Assembly (NCBI GenBank): GCA_947252645.1
Contig: CAMXWF010000014.1
Span: forward strand, 5,795-69,794
Direction: 5' to 3'
DNA from: an uncultured Bacteroidia bacterium
Lineage (GTDB): Bacteria; Bacteroidota; Bacteroidia; Bacteroidales; CAJPTX01
DNA length: 64,000 bases
Shown here: positions 1 to 10,034 of the stretch, piece by piece
How positions within the stretch are numbered: position 1 is the stretch's first letter
Layout of the letters: every line of letters begins with the position of its first letter
Made by a program: the position numbers and the translations under genes
The notes under the pieces: generated by a model
What the model was told of the DNA's origin: nothing
What the model saw: only the letters and a program-made list of their open reading frames with translations
The model's database searches: none

Positions 1-1187
1 AAATCAATCCCAATGGGTTGGGCTTTACGCTCAAGAAGGCGTTTGAGCAGGCAGACCAGGCGGTCTTGTCGTGGGCTACGCCCGATGCCGGGGCCTATAG
101 GGTGCTTTGCAGGCCGAGCAGCCAGCCTGCGGCTCCGCCTATGGAGCGCACGCTGTGGGCCATGCACGACACCGTCAAGCTCCTAGGCATCAACGTGCGC
201 GATGGCTGCCTGGCGCGGGATCTCTCCCTGCGCTTTAACACCGACCGCAGCACCATCACCAATGATCTCTTCCGCTACTATGACCTCTCCCCCGAGGCCA
301 GCCGCTACGTCACCTTCCCCGGCGACAAATACTTCCAGGCCGTGGAGTGGACTGACCTGCAGGGGCGTCCGCTCGTGGAGTACAGCACGATGACCCTGTC
401 GCTCGACGAGGCCCACGGCAGCCTCCCCACCGAGGCCCAAGGCTACAAGGTGAGCGTCAAAACGAGTTTTGGCTATACCCTTACTGCCGAGACGAAGGAG
501 CTGGCCCCCATGGCCGTGTTGGCTAAGCCCGATGTGAAGTACAATGCTGACACCCATGCTGATGCCCCGCAGTGGCAGCAGGTGCAGAAGGAGCGGTCGA
601 TAGAGGCACCCTTGCAGCTTCGGCTTGCCCACAGTTCACAGAATAGCACGCAAGTGCGCTGGTTCATTCTCAACGATCCCCGCGCAGCCCGGCGCACCCG
701 GCGCGATACCCTTTACCAGGAGATGGACCCTTCGCCCGTAGGTGCTGCCGTGCTTACCCCCGATCACAACCTGTTTTCGGCAGGCCGCTACGCCATCTGG
801 CTGCAGGCCAGCAACAGTCGCACTGGCTGCCAGGACACCGCTATTGTGCTGGCCAAGGTCGACTCCTCCCTCATCAATGGGCAGGCTATTCCCAACGTCT
901 TCTCCCCCAACGACGATGGCATCAACGACCGCTTCGCCTTCATAAGTCCACAAACCAATCTCCGCTCCCTCAAGGAGTTCAAGCTTCTCATACTCAATCG
1001 GCAGGGGCAGCTCGTCTACTCCTACGATGGTGACCCCAAGCGCTGGGAGGGGTGGAAAGGACAATCCAAGCATAAGGGCGGCATGTGCCCCCCGGGGGTT
1101 TACTTCTACATCATAGAGGCTAGGGGGTGGGATGGCCAGGAGTTCAAAAACGATATCTACAAGGGCGCGCTACACCTTTTCCGGTAG
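1..1187 (+). CDS. T9SS type-B (gliding-motility/CHU_C type) C-terminal sorting domain protein; 5' end lies outside the window
   Basis: The frame is open to the window edge. The last ~90 aa, '[16 protein letters not shown]...[12 protein letters not shown]...PPGVYFYII', fit the conserved type-B CTD pattern (PNxFSPNGDGxND ... NRWGxxVY ... GVYYY). Confidence 0.75.
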   Translation, partial: INPNGLGFTLKKAFEQADQAVLSWATPDAGAYRVLCRPSSQPAAPPMERTLWAMHDTVKLLGINVRDGCLARDLSLRFNTDRSTITNDLFRYYDLSPEASRYVTFPGDKYFQAVEWTDLQGRPLVEYSTMTLSLDEAHGSLPTEAQGYKVSVKTSFGYTLTAETKELAPMAVLAKPDVKYNADTHADAPQWQQVQKERSIEAPLQLRLAHSSQNSTQVRWFILNDPRAARRTRRDTLYQEMDPSPVGAAVLTPDHNLFSAGRYAIWLQASNSRTGCQDTAIVLAKVDSSLINGQAIPNVFSPNDDGINDRFAFISPQTNLRSLKEFKLLILNRQGQLVYSYDGDPKRWEGWKGQSKHKGGMCPPGVYFYIIEARGWDGQEFKNDIYKGALHLFR

Positions 1188-1406
1188 GCTCGCCCGAGGG
1201 CATGCCGTGTTGCCGATCCTAATCCCTTTGCTAGTGCCGCGTGGGGAGCGCTGTGGTGCGTGAGGCCTGTGCTTGCCGCCCCATCCATGGGGTGAATGCG
1301 CGCGGAGGGCAAGAGCCACACTGTGTGGCCAGCCCTGCGGGGGAGACGGTTAGCATCTAGGGCCCTGGTGGGGCGAAGGGTGCTGGCTCTAGTCGCATTC
1401 TCTTCG

Positions 1407-1414
1407 TACCTTTG
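1407..1414 (+). promoter_or_regulatory. Bacteroidota -7 promoter box (TACCTTTG, consensus TAnnTTTG) upstream of the uvrA-like gene
   Basis: Exact TAnnTTTG match 22 nt upstream of the ATG at 1437. Confidence 0.45.
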
Positions 1415-1436
1415 CGAACGATAAGGAGAGCTGCCA

Positions 1437-4397
1437 ATGCCAGAAAGCACCATAGAGCTCAAGGGCATACGTGTCAACAATTTGAAGGGTATCGATGTCA
1501 CCATTCCGCGGCGTAAGCTGGTGGTGATAACGGGTCTTTCGGGCTCCGGGAAGTCATCATTGGCCTTTGATACGCTCTACGCCGAGGGGCAGCGACGCTA
1601 TGTGCAGAGCCTCTCGGCCTACGCCCGGCAGTTTGTGGTGCGCTTGCCGAAGCCCGATTTGGACTCTGCCTCGGGCATACCGCCCTCGATCATGATAGCC
1701 CAGCACGTCAATACGCGCAACAGCATGTCGACGGTGGGCACGCTTACCGAGGTCTACTCCTACATCCGCTTGCTCTACGCCCGGATAGGCCATATAGAGG
1801 ATCCGGAAACAGGGCTAGAGCTCAAGAGCAGCACAGTGGAGGATGTGGTGAACTACATTGTGGCTCAGGCAGGTAGGCGAGTGATGCTTACGGCACCCGT
1901 AACCGAGCAGCTCACGGCGGAGCTAGAGCAAGCCCAGGAGACAAGAGATGACGGCGATAAGCCCAAGAGGCGCAGACGGCCCACGGTGGCCGATGGGCAG
2001 TTGGCGCGCTCAATAGTGCTTGACCGCCTTGCGCAATCGGGCTATAGTCGGGTCTATATCGGGGGGGAGATTGTGCCTATCGACACCCCGGAGGCTCGAA
2101 TCCAGGTGGCGCAGGCGAAAGGCGACATAGAGCTACTGGTTGATCGCTTTCAGCCCAAGGACGAGCCGGACTTCCAGGCTCGCTGCGCCAATTCAGTTGA
2201 GACGGCCTACCTAGAAGGCGCCGAGCATTGCAGGGTCTATGTCTACGCATCGCCTGAAGCCCAGCCCACGGTGCGCGACTTTTCCTCCCGGATCCTCTAC
2301 TCTAAGGGGGTGTTTCCCCCCGTGACGCCCGAGCTCTTTAGCTTCAGTAGCCCCCTGGGTGCTTGCCCCACGTGCCAGGGCTATGGCTACTGCAAGGGGA
2401 TATCGGAGGAGCTAGTCATTCCGAACCAGGAGCTCTCGGTGTACGATGATGCTGTGGTGTGCTGGAAGGGACCATCGATGCATGTACTGCGTGATGAGTT
2501 CATTGCGGCCGCGGGGCCTCTTGGGTTTCCCATCCACAGGCCCTATAGAGCCCTTACCCTCGCGGAGCGCAATATGCTCTGGGATGGTGTGCCCGGGGCC
2601 ATGGGGCTCAACGGTTTCTTCCTCAAGGCCCAGCAATCCCTACACAAGATCTTCAGCCGGGTGCTCATCGGGCGCTATTCAGGCCGTTCGGTCTGTCGAG
2701 ATTGCCATGGCACGCGCCTTATTCCTGAGGCGCAATACGTCAAGGTGGGCGGCAAGTCGGTGGGCGACCTCATCAGCCTCCAGCTCAATGAGCTCCTGGA
2801 GTTCTTTCGGCACTTGGTACTCAGCGACCGAGACCGCGAGGCCAGTCGCCGCCTCCTGCTGGAGATCACCACTCGCCTAGGCTACCTGCTCGATGTGGGG
2901 CTCGACTACCTGACCCTTGACCGTCTGGGGCCTACGCTCTCGGGAGGGGAGACCCAGCGCATCAACCTTGCCACGGCACTCGGGAGTTCGCTAGTGGGCT
3001 CGCTCTATATTCTCGATGAGCCTAGCGTAGGCCTCCATAGTGCCGACACCCAGAGGCTCATCTCGGTGCTAAAACGACTACGAGACCAAGGCAATACGGT
3101 GGTCGTGGTGGAGCATGACGATGCGATCATCCGGGCCGCCGATTACGTGATTGACCTAGGCCCCAAAGCTGGGAGTGAGGGTGGCCACGTGCAGTTTGCG
3201 GGGCCGGCCAGCGAGCTCTTGGAGGCCAAGAACAGCCTCACCGCAGAGTATATCACGGGGCGTACGCGGCTTCCCTTGCCCAAGACACATCGTCCCACGA
3301 CTCGGGCTATCGAGCTTTCTGGCATCCACATGCACAATGTGCAGGATGCCCAGGCTATCTTTCCCCTCCAGGCCATGACCGTGGTGTCAGGGGTGAGCGG
3401 CTCGGGCAAGTCCACCCTTGTACAGGAGGTACTCTATCCTCTGGTTAAGCATCTCACCGAGCGCCCTGCTACCACGCAGGAGGCGGAGTCGCTAGGAGAG
3501 CAGGCGGTTGAAGACATCTCCCAGGAACTCCCCTATGCTGACAGTGTAGCCCACTGCCACTTGCCCCCCAATGCCCTAGCCGGCGCAGAGTACGTGGACC
3601 AAAATGCCCTCACCCGCTCCCTGCGTTCCACGCCCATCACCTACATGGGGGCGTTTGATTTCTTGCGTGCGCTCTACGCCAAGCAGCCCGCTGCCATAGA
3701 GCAGAACATGGGCTATAGGGCTTTTTCGTTCAACGATTCCCTTGGGGCCTGCCCGGCCTGTGGTGGCACGGGTCGCGAGGTGGTAGAGATGCAGTTCATG
3801 GCCGATATTGACTTGGAGTGTGAGCTTTGCCATGGCATGCGCTATAAGCCCGAGGTGCTCTCGGTGTGCTATAGGGGCAAGTCCATTGCCGACGTGTTAC
3901 AGATGACCATCGACGATGCACTTGCCTTCTTCTCTGAGGATACCAGCGATGCGCAGCTTTCCCCCGTGGTGGAAGCCCTGCGCCTGATGCACCAGGTGGG
4001 CATGGGTTACATTACGCTTGGCCAGCCCACTAGCACGCTTTCGGGCGGTGAGGCCCAGCGGCTCAAGATCGCCTCTCACCTCAAGGAGGGCCCCTCGTCG
4101 CGGCCACTGCTATTCTGCTTCGACGAGCCCACCACAGGCCTGCACACGCACGATGTGGGGGTCTTGCTGCAGGCCCTTCGGGCCCTAGTCGATAGGGGCC
4201 ACACGCTGGTCGTGGTGGAGCATAATCTTGACGTAATAGCCCAGGCCGACTGGCTGATAGACATGGGTCCAGGGGGCGGCAATCGGGGGGGACGCGTGGT
4301 GGCCATGGGGCGTCCTGAGGAGGTGGCCCAGTGTGAACAGAGCCTTACGGGACACTTCCTAAAAGAAAAGTTGGCTGCGTATGGGCCTAGGGCCTAA
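1437..4397 (+). CDS. uvrA: UvrA-family excinuclease ABC subunit A (possibly a paralogue, see findings)
   Basis: N-terminus '[57 protein letters not shown]'. Two ABC modules, LSGGE signatures, and CxxC pairs 'CPTCQG', 'CRDCHG', 'CPACGG...CELCHG'. Confidence 0.88.
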   Translation: MPESTIELKGIRVNNLKGIDVTIPRRKLVVITGLSGSGKSSLAFDTLYAEGQRRYVQSLSAYARQFVVRLPKPDLDSASGIPPSIMIAQHVNTRNSMSTVGTLTEVYSYIRLLYARIGHIEDPETGLELKSSTVEDVVNYIVAQAGRRVMLTAPVTEQLTAELEQAQETRDDGDKPKRRRRPTVADGQLARSIVLDRLAQSGYSRVYIGGEIVPIDTPEARIQVAQAKGDIELLVDRFQPKDEPDFQARCANSVETAYLEGAEHCRVYVYASPEAQPTVRDFSSRILYSKGVFPPVTPELFSFSSPLGACPTCQGYGYCKGISEELVIPNQELSVYDDAVVCWKGPSMHVLRDEFIAAAGPLGFPIHRPYRALTLAERNMLWDGVPGAMGLNGFFLKAQQSLHKIFSRVLIGRYSGRSVCRDCHGTRLIPEAQYVKVGGKSVGDLISLQLNELLEFFRHLVLSDRDREASRRLLLEITTRLGYLLDVGLDYLTLDRLGPTLSGGETQRINLATALGSSLVGSLYILDEPSVGLHSADTQRLISVLKRLRDQGNTVVVVEHDDAIIRAADYVIDLGPKAGSEGGHVQFAGPASELLEAKNSLTAEYITGRTRLPLPKTHRPTTRAIELSGIHMHNVQDAQAIFPLQAMTVVSGVSGSGKSTLVQEVLYPLVKHLTERPATTQEAESLGEQAVEDISQELPYADSVAHCHLPPNALAGAEYVDQNALTRSLRSTPITYMGAFDFLRALYAKQPAAIEQNMGYRAFSFNDSLGACPACGGTGREVVEMQFMADIDLECELCHGMRYKPEVLSVCYRGKSIADVLQMTIDDALAFFSEDTSDAQLSPVVEALRLMHQVGMGYITLGQPTSTLSGGEAQRLKIASHLKEGPSSRPLLFCFDEPTTGLHTHDVGVLLQALRALVDRGHTLVVVEHNLDVIAQADWLIDMGPGGGNRGGRVVAMGRPEEVAQCEQSLTGHFLKEKLAAYGPRA

Positions 4398-4464
4398 GGC
4401 CTTGCGTACAGGACTCCCAGCACAGTGCAAAAGGCAGTAGTACCACTAATGATAAGGAGTGAGC

Positions 4465-5085
4465 ATGTTTTCAGGGATAGTAGAGACCACGGGGCGCATC
4501 CTCGATATTCGTAGGCAGGGGTCTAACATCGACATCGACCTCGAGTGCCCCTTTGCGCAAACCCTCAAGATCGACCAGAGCATCGCCCATGATGGGGTAT
4601 GTCTCACGGTGGTCAAGCTCGACCCTGCGCGCCATTGCTACACCGTCACGGCTGTGCAGGAAACGCTCGACAAAACCAACCTAGGCGATTGGCGCGTGGG
4701 CTCGCTGGTGAACTTGGAGCGCAGCATGACCATGGGCGAGAGGCTCGACGGGCACATCGTGCAGGGCCACGTGGATCAAACGGCCCAGTGCTCGGCCATC
4801 CAGGCCCTAGAGGGCAGCCACTACTTCTCCTTCTCCTACGAGCAGAAGCCCGACTTCTTCACCGTGGAGAAGGGTTCTGTGGCGGTCAATGGCATCTCCC
4901 TCACGGTGGTCAATTCCAAGCCAGGGAGCTTTCAGGTAGCCATTATCCCCTATACGTTTGCCAACACGAATTTCCATGTACTCAAGGTGGGTGACCGGGT
5001 CAATCTAGAGTTTGACATCCTTGGCAAGTATATTGCTAGGATCATGGCCCCCTATATGGAGGCTCTCCGCCAGGGCAAGCGATAG
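4465..5085 (+). CDS. ribE: Riboflavin synthase alpha chain
   Basis: 'MFSGIVETTGRI' N-terminus and an internally duplicated lumazine-binding barrel. The ORF track starts at GTG 4459; ATG 4465 gives the canonical N-terminus. Confidence 0.9.
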   Translation: MFSGIVETTGRILDIRRQGSNIDIDLECPFAQTLKIDQSIAHDGVCLTVVKLDPARHCYTVTAVQETLDKTNLGDWRVGSLVNLERSMTMGERLDGHIVQGHVDQTAQCSAIQALEGSHYFSFSYEQKPDFFTVEKGSVAVNGISLTVVNSKPGSFQVAIIPYTFANTNFHVLKVGDRVNLEFDILGKYIARIMAPYMEALRQGKR

Positions 5086-5138
5086 TCTGCCTTGGCCTCT
5101 GTGGGGGCACGCGGTGGGCATCAGGGGGCGCTGTCGCC

Positions 5139-5657
5139 TTACTGCACCTGTACTACCTCCCCGTGCCCTATGTGCAGTTTAAAGGCCTCGCGCAGGGCAA
5201 TGTGGCGGAAGTGAGCCACGGCGCAGGCGATTACGCCCCCATGCGTGAACACAAACGTGCGCCTGTAGGGTTGCGCAGTTAGCTCTTGGAAAAAGGCCAC
5301 GACCCGCGCCAGCAGCTCCTGCGCCGACTCGCCCTGCGGGGGGGCTACCTCGTCCCAGTGGGTGGCGTAGGAGCCCATGTCGATCGTGCGCCAGGGACGT
5401 CCCTCCCACGCCCCGTAGCTAATCTCCATCAGCCGCCTATCGCGCGTGGCCTGCCCGTAGCCACAGGCCTTGGCTAGCTGCGTGCAGCGGCGCAAGGGAC
5501 TGGTGTAGCATGCGTCAGCTGGCCCTACCAGCCGAAGTCGTTCCCGCACTTGCGCCGCCTCCTGCGGAAAGCTCTTGGCTAGCCCCACGTCTTGCTGACC
5601 GTAGCAGGTGCCGGGGGGCACCGCCACTGCCGTATGGCGAATCAGATAGATGTCCAT
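5139..5657 (-). CDS. cobC: Alpha-ribazole phosphatase (histidine phosphatase family)
   Basis: 'MDIYLIRHT' RHG-type phosphohistidine motif plus context at the end of the cob array. The ORF-track start 5726 lies inside cobS; ATG 5657 was chosen. Confidence 0.7.
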   Translation of the reverse strand: MDIYLIRHTAVAVPPGTCYGQQDVGLAKSFPQEAAQVRERLRLVGPADACYTSPLRRCTQLAKACGYGQATRDRRLMEISYGAWEGRPWRTIDMGSYATHWDEVAPPQGESAQELLARVVAFFQELTAQPYRRTFVFTHGGVIACAVAHFRHIALREAFKLHIGHGEVVQVQ

Positions 5658-6421
5658 AGCCGTAGCACTAGGCACGCTGAGAGGTAGAAGCTCAACTCGC
5701 AGAGTACGAACAGCGCACCGCAGCAATCCCCCGTATAGCCGCCTAGCCTACGTCGCATGGCGCCAATCAGCAGCCCTGACGTCGCCGCTGGTCCCAATGT
5801 GGCTAGGTAAAGCAGGGGCCATTGCGCCAGCCAGAGCAAGGGCAGGCAGCCTAGGAGGGTCGCCGTCACTAGGGCTTTGGTGGTGGGGCGCCTGTAGGCC
5901 ACTCCAAACTTGCACTCGTCATCTGCTCGGGCATAGGGCAGGCGGGTCGCCACCCAAGAAGCGCACCACTTGGCCAGCGGATCGCCTGCCAGCACCAGAT
6001 AGGGGATCAACTCAGGCCCCAGGCTGGAGAGGGTGGAGTAGAGCAGCAGGACGTATACCACGAGCGACAGCACACCGTAGACCCCCGTATGCGAGTCTTT
6101 CATGATGGCCAAGACCTGCGCTTTGCCGTGTCCGCCGAGGCCGTCCATGTAGTCGGCAAAGCCGTCTTCATGCATTGCACCTGTCAGCAGCATGCGAGCC
6201 GCTATGGCCAAGCATACGGCCACGCTATAGGGGAGGATAAGACCGCCCAGCCAGACCGTCAGGGCCATACAGGGTGCCGTTACCCACCCAGCCGCCGGCC
6301 AGTAGTTCACCACGCTCCGAAAGCTCTCCGTGGGCACCTGGCAGCCCCTGATGCGCCAGAGAGGCAGCCGCGTCAAGCTTTCTACGGTCGCCAGCATCCC
6401 ATGGATTACCTCGCCTCGCAT
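5642..6421 (-). CDS. cobS: Adenosylcobinamide-GDP ribazoletransferase (cobalamin synthase)
   Basis: Polytopic membrane protein with 'MHEDGFADYMDGLGG', characteristic of CobS/CobV. Confidence 0.85.
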   Translation of the reverse strand: MRGEVIHGMLATVESLTRLPLWRIRGCQVPTESFRSVVNYWPAAGWVTAPCMALTVWLGGLILPYSVAVCLAIAARMLLTGAMHEDGFADYMDGLGGHGKAQVLAIMKDSHTGVYGVLSLVVYVLLLYSTLSSLGPELIPYLVLAGDPLAKWCASWVATRLPYARADDECKFGVAYRRPTTKALVTATLLGCLPLLWLAQWPLLYLATLGPAATSGLLIGAMRRRLGGYTGDCCGALFVLCELSFYLSACLVLRLWTSI

Positions 6422-6484
6422 GGTCGCGCTACGCTAGCCCTTTGACAGGTTCTGCTTGTTGTGCCCAGCATATGGGGTCAAAAC

Positions 6485-7528
6485 CTAGAAGTATTTTGTC
6501 ACCTTGGCCTCTTGGAACTGTCCCATTTCGCTGAGCATTCTGACGGCGGAGTCGACCAGCGGGTAGGCGCACACGGCGCCTGTGCCTTCGCCTAGGCGCA
6601 GGTCGAGCTGTAGGAGCGCCCGCACGCCCAGTTGGCGCAGCAGGGTCTGGTGGCCATGCTCGGCGCCTTGGTGACCAAAAATGCAGTACTGCACCACGTG
6701 GGGCGCCAACAGGGAGGCAGCGTAGAGGCAAACCGTCATGATGAAGCCATCAACGAGTATCACCATGCGCTGCGCTGCGGCTGCCAGCATGCCCCCGACT
6801 GCGGCTACCATCTCGTAACCGCCAAACTCCTGCATGATCTCCCTGACCCCCTCTGGCCCATGGTAGCGTGCCCGACAGCCCTGCAGCACGCGGAGTTTGT
6901 GTGGCACGATATGGCCGCTCGCATCGCTACCATACCCCACGCACTCCTCCAGCGGGCGGTGGGTCAGGTAGTGCATCCAGAGCGCAGCTGCGGAGGTGTT
7001 ACCCATGCCCAGCTCGCCAAACGACACAACGTTGCTCCCCTCCGCATGGCAAAGCCCCACCATCTCCCTACCCACTGCAAGGGCCTGCTCCATCTCCTGG
7101 GCGGTCATGGCGGACTCGTGGAGGTAGTTGCGCGTGCCACGGCGGATTTTCCTATCGTAGAAGTGGGGGCCTAGGTCTCCAAAATGGTCGTCCACGCCTA
7201 CGTCTATCACTTTGAGCTCAAAGCCGTGCTGTCGGCAGAGATAGCCGATGCCCGAGTCCCCTTTTAGAGCCCTGTAGGTCATTTGCGTTGTGACCTCCCG
7301 GGGCGAGATGCTTACCCCCTCGGCCAGGATGCCGTGGTCGGCCACGAGCATTAGATTGCACGGATGGCGGAGCACGGGGCTATCGCGCTGCTGGATCAGG
7401 GCCACCTGCAGGGCCACTTGTTCCAGGTAGCCTAGGGCGCCCTGGGGCTTGATGAGGTTGTTGAGCTTCTGCTGGTAGGCTACCCGTAGCCGCTCGTCTA
7501 GCGGCAGTATGTGGTAAGGGATATCCAT
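6485..7528 (-). CDS. cobT: Nicotinate-nucleotide--dimethylbenzimidazole phosphoribosyltransferase
   Basis: 347 aa with 'KPQGALGYLE', 'GELGMGNTSAAA' and 'GEGTGA' motifs typical of CobT. Confidence 0.9.
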   Translation of the reverse strand: MDIPYHILPLDERLRVAYQQKLNNLIKPQGALGYLEQVALQVALIQQRDSPVLRHPCNLMLVADHGILAEGVSISPREVTTQMTYRALKGDSGIGYLCRQHGFELKVIDVGVDDHFGDLGPHFYDRKIRRGTRNYLHESAMTAQEMEQALAVGREMVGLCHAEGSNVVSFGELGMGNTSAAALWMHYLTHRPLEECVGYGSDASGHIVPHKLRVLQGCRARYHGPEGVREIMQEFGGYEMVAAVGGMLAAAAQRMVILVDGFIMTVCLYAASLLAPHVVQYCIFGHQGAEHGHQTLLRQLGVRALLQLDLRLGEGTGAVCAYPLVDSAVRMLSEMGQFQEAKVTKYF

Positions 7529-7550
7529 TGACCTCCTATTATCCTACAAT

Positions 7551-8063
7551 CTATTTGACCTTCACCGGGATACCGGCAACCATTAGTAGCACTTGGTCGG
7601 CCTGGGCAGCTATGTATTGGTTGAGCCACCCCTGTAGGTCGGCGAAGCGACGTTGCAGCGCATTGGTCGACATGCCCCCTAGGCCTATCTCGTTGCTGAT
7701 GAAAATGTAGCGCGCCTGGGGCTGCGTGAAGCGGTCGAACTCTTCCTTGAGGGCCTGGAGAGAGCCTTCCACGTCGCCTTGGCTGTCGTAGAAGAAATTC
7801 GTGGCCCAGAGCGTCACGCAGTCTATTAGCACTACCCGACCTGTGAGCACATGCTTGCTGAGCGTTTTTTCCTCCTCGATGTTCTCCCACTGGGGGCCTC
7901 GTCGGGCTTGGTGGCGGGCAATCCGCGCGGCGTGCTCGGCGTCCCATACCCGGGAGGTGGCCAGGTAGACTGGATGTGGGCTCCATTGCAGGGCGAGCTT
8001 CTCCCCAAAGCTGCTCTTGCCAGAGCGTTGCCCCCCGGTAATGAGAGTGATGTTGCGCTCCAT
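7551..8063 (-). CDS. cobU: Bifunctional adenosylcobinamide kinase / adenosylcobinamide-phosphate guanylyltransferase
   Basis: 170 aa with P-loop 'GGQRSGKS'; length and context typical of CobU/CobP. Confidence 0.9.
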   Translation of the reverse strand: MERNITLITGGQRSGKSSFGEKLALQWSPHPVYLATSRVWDAEHAARIARHQARRGPQWENIEEEKTLSKHVLTGRVVLIDCVTLWATNFFYDSQGDVEGSLQALKEEFDRFTQPQARYIFISNEIGLGGMSTNALQRRFADLQGWLNQYIAAQADQVLLMVAGIPVKVK

Positions 8064-8142
8064 GTACGCAGTCCCTATCGACTGGCTACGCCATAGCCAG
8101 CATCAAAGTTAGCCATTATACGCCATTGGTGTAGAGGCCTGG

Positions 8143-8718
8143 CTATAGGGCCTTGCGCTTATAGAGGAAGGGCTTCCACCGTTCCTCACCTTGGCCTTGC
8201 GCAGCAAGCTCGACCCGAGCCAGGGTGAATAGGAGGTCTGAAAGACGATTCACGAAGGCCAATAGTGCTGGGGGAAGGGGGTCGAGGCGGTGCAACGTCC
8301 AGAGCCTACGCTCAGCCCGCCGTGCGATGGCGCGCGCCATCTGGAGCTGCGCGGCCACCACGGTGCCGCCTGGTAGGATGAAATAGAGGGCTCGCCCCCC
8401 CATGGACTCCTCGAGGTGGTCTATCATCTGCTCCATGTCGAGCGTGAGTTGCTCCACTGCAGGCGCATTGGGGTTCTTGTCCCGTATGGCATCGGGGGTG
8501 GCTACCAGAGACATGATGGGCATCAGCGTGGCCTGAATGCGGTAGAGCATCTCTTGCCACGGATGCTTCTCCGGGAGCTGCGCCCGCACTAGGCCAAGGG
8601 CGCAATTGAGTTCATCCAACGTCCCGTTCGCCTCTATGCGGGGGTCATCCTTGGGCACGCGCGCTCCGCCATGGATACCAGTCAGCCCCCCATCGCCGGT
8701 CTTGGTGTAGATCTTCAT
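8143..8718 (-). CDS. pduO: PduO-type ATP:cob(I)yrinic acid a,c-diamide adenosyltransferase
   Basis: 'MKIYTKTGDGGLTG' N-terminus, diagnostic of PduO/MMAB-type adenosyltransferases. Confidence 0.85.
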   Translation of the reverse strand: MKIYTKTGDGGLTGIHGGARVPKDDPRIEANGTLDELNCALGLVRAQLPEKHPWQEMLYRIQATLMPIMSLVATPDAIRDKNPNAPAVEQLTLDMEQMIDHLEESMGGRALYFILPGGTVVAAQLQMARAIARRAERRLWTLHRLDPLPPALLAFVNRLSDLLFTLARVELAAQGQGEERWKPFLYKRKAL

Positions 8719-10034
8719 AGTTCCTCCTGTTCAAAAAGTCGCAGTAGGGCTTCTGCGCTGGGCCAGTAGAGGTGGACATAGCTGGCTAGGGTGTTCTTGT
8801 AGCGTAGTAGCTGCGCATCAACCGCCTGACCTCTGGCCGAGTACACCTGCGCCTCCGAGGGTAGCGCCGTGGTGCTGTGCGAGTAGTGGAACTCGTGCCC
8901 TCTAAGCTGGAGCCCGTGGTAGCAGAATTGCCTGTAGCCAAGCTTAAGCTTGGGTTGACGCATGGAGCAGAGCTGCGGTAGCACGCCCACCATGGGGTAG
9001 ACGTGCCCCTCTTGGCTCTCTATCGACGTGGAGAGGTACATCATGCCGCCACACTCGCCCCAGGTGCGGCCTCCCGTCTCTACCCATCGACGGACGGCCG
9101 TTAGCATCTTCGTGTTGCCCGATAGGGCCTCCAGATGTAGCTCGGGGTAGCCGCCTGGCAGGTAGAGTAGGTCGCACGGAGGCAATGCCTGGGCCCTGAG
9201 CGGACTGAAAAAAAACACCTCGCCCAGCGTCTTGAGCAGTTCCAGGTTCTCTTCATACATGAAGTTGAAGGCCTCATCGTGCGCTAGGGCTATTTTGAGG
9301 TTTCGGCCTGAAGGCGCATAGAGTTTCGATGACGGCTCTATGGGCCTACTGCGCTTGGTGATATAGAGTAATTGCGCTACGTCGATGTGCTGCTCCACGA
9401 AATCGGCCACCTGCTCAGCGTACTGGGTCTGTTGGGCCAGGGTGTCAGTGTTGAGGCCCAAGTGACGCGAGGGGATGCCAAGGGCTGGGGCGGGCGGTAA
9501 GTAGCCTAGGGCGCATAGGCCCACGTCCGCTGCGGCATCCTGTAGGAACTGGTAGTGGCTTTTCGTCTTGACCTGGTTGAACACCACCCCCACCACCTCC
9601 AGCCCTTCGGCAAAATGCTTTAGCCCGTAGAGGAGGGGCGCTGCCGTGTAGGCCATGGCCTCAGCGTTTAGCACTACGATCACCGGCAGCCCCAGCACCT
9701 GGGCCACTTGTGCGGCACTCCCCTCGGCCCGCACGGCGCCATCGAAGAGGCCCATGGCGCCTTCCACCACCACCGCATCCGCACCCTGCGCCCAGTGCGA
9801 GTAGGTGTTTCGTAGCCGTGGACCTCCAGCAAAGAAAAGGTCAAGGTTCACCGACGGCCGCCCCGCGGCCACGCGATGGAACTGCGTGTCAATGTAGTCG
9901 GGCCCACACTTGTAGGGTTGTACACGTAGCCCTCTGCGATGTAGTAGGCGCATGAGCCCTAGCGAGAGCGTGGTCTTCCCGCTCCCCGATGAAACTGCAC
10001 CTATCAGCAATTGCGGTATGGATTCCATGGCCAT
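8715..10034 (-). CDS. cbiA: Cobyrinate a,c-diamide synthase
   Basis: 'GAVSSGSGKTTLSLGL' P-loop, a C-terminal glutamine amidotransferase part, 439 aa. Confidence 0.9.
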   Translation of the reverse strand: MAMESIPQLLIGAVSSGSGKTTLSLGLMRLLHRRGLRVQPYKCGPDYIDTQFHRVAAGRPSVNLDLFFAGGPRLRNTYSHWAQGADAVVVEGAMGLFDGAVRAEGSAAQVAQVLGLPVIVVLNAEAMAYTAAPLLYGLKHFAEGLEVVGVVFNQVKTKSHYQFLQDAAADVGLCALGYLPPAPALGIPSRHLGLNTDTLAQQTQYAEQVADFVEQHIDVAQLLYITKRSRPIEPSSKLYAPSGRNLKIALAHDEAFNFMYEENLELLKTLGEVFFFSPLRAQALPPCDLLYLPGGYPELHLEALSGNTKMLTAVRRWVETGGRTWGECGGMMYLSTSIESQEGHVYPMVGVLPQLCSMRQPKLKLGYRQFCYHGLQLRGHEFHYSHSTTALPSEAQVYSARGQAVDAQLLRYKNTLASYVHLYWPSAEALLRLFEQEEL

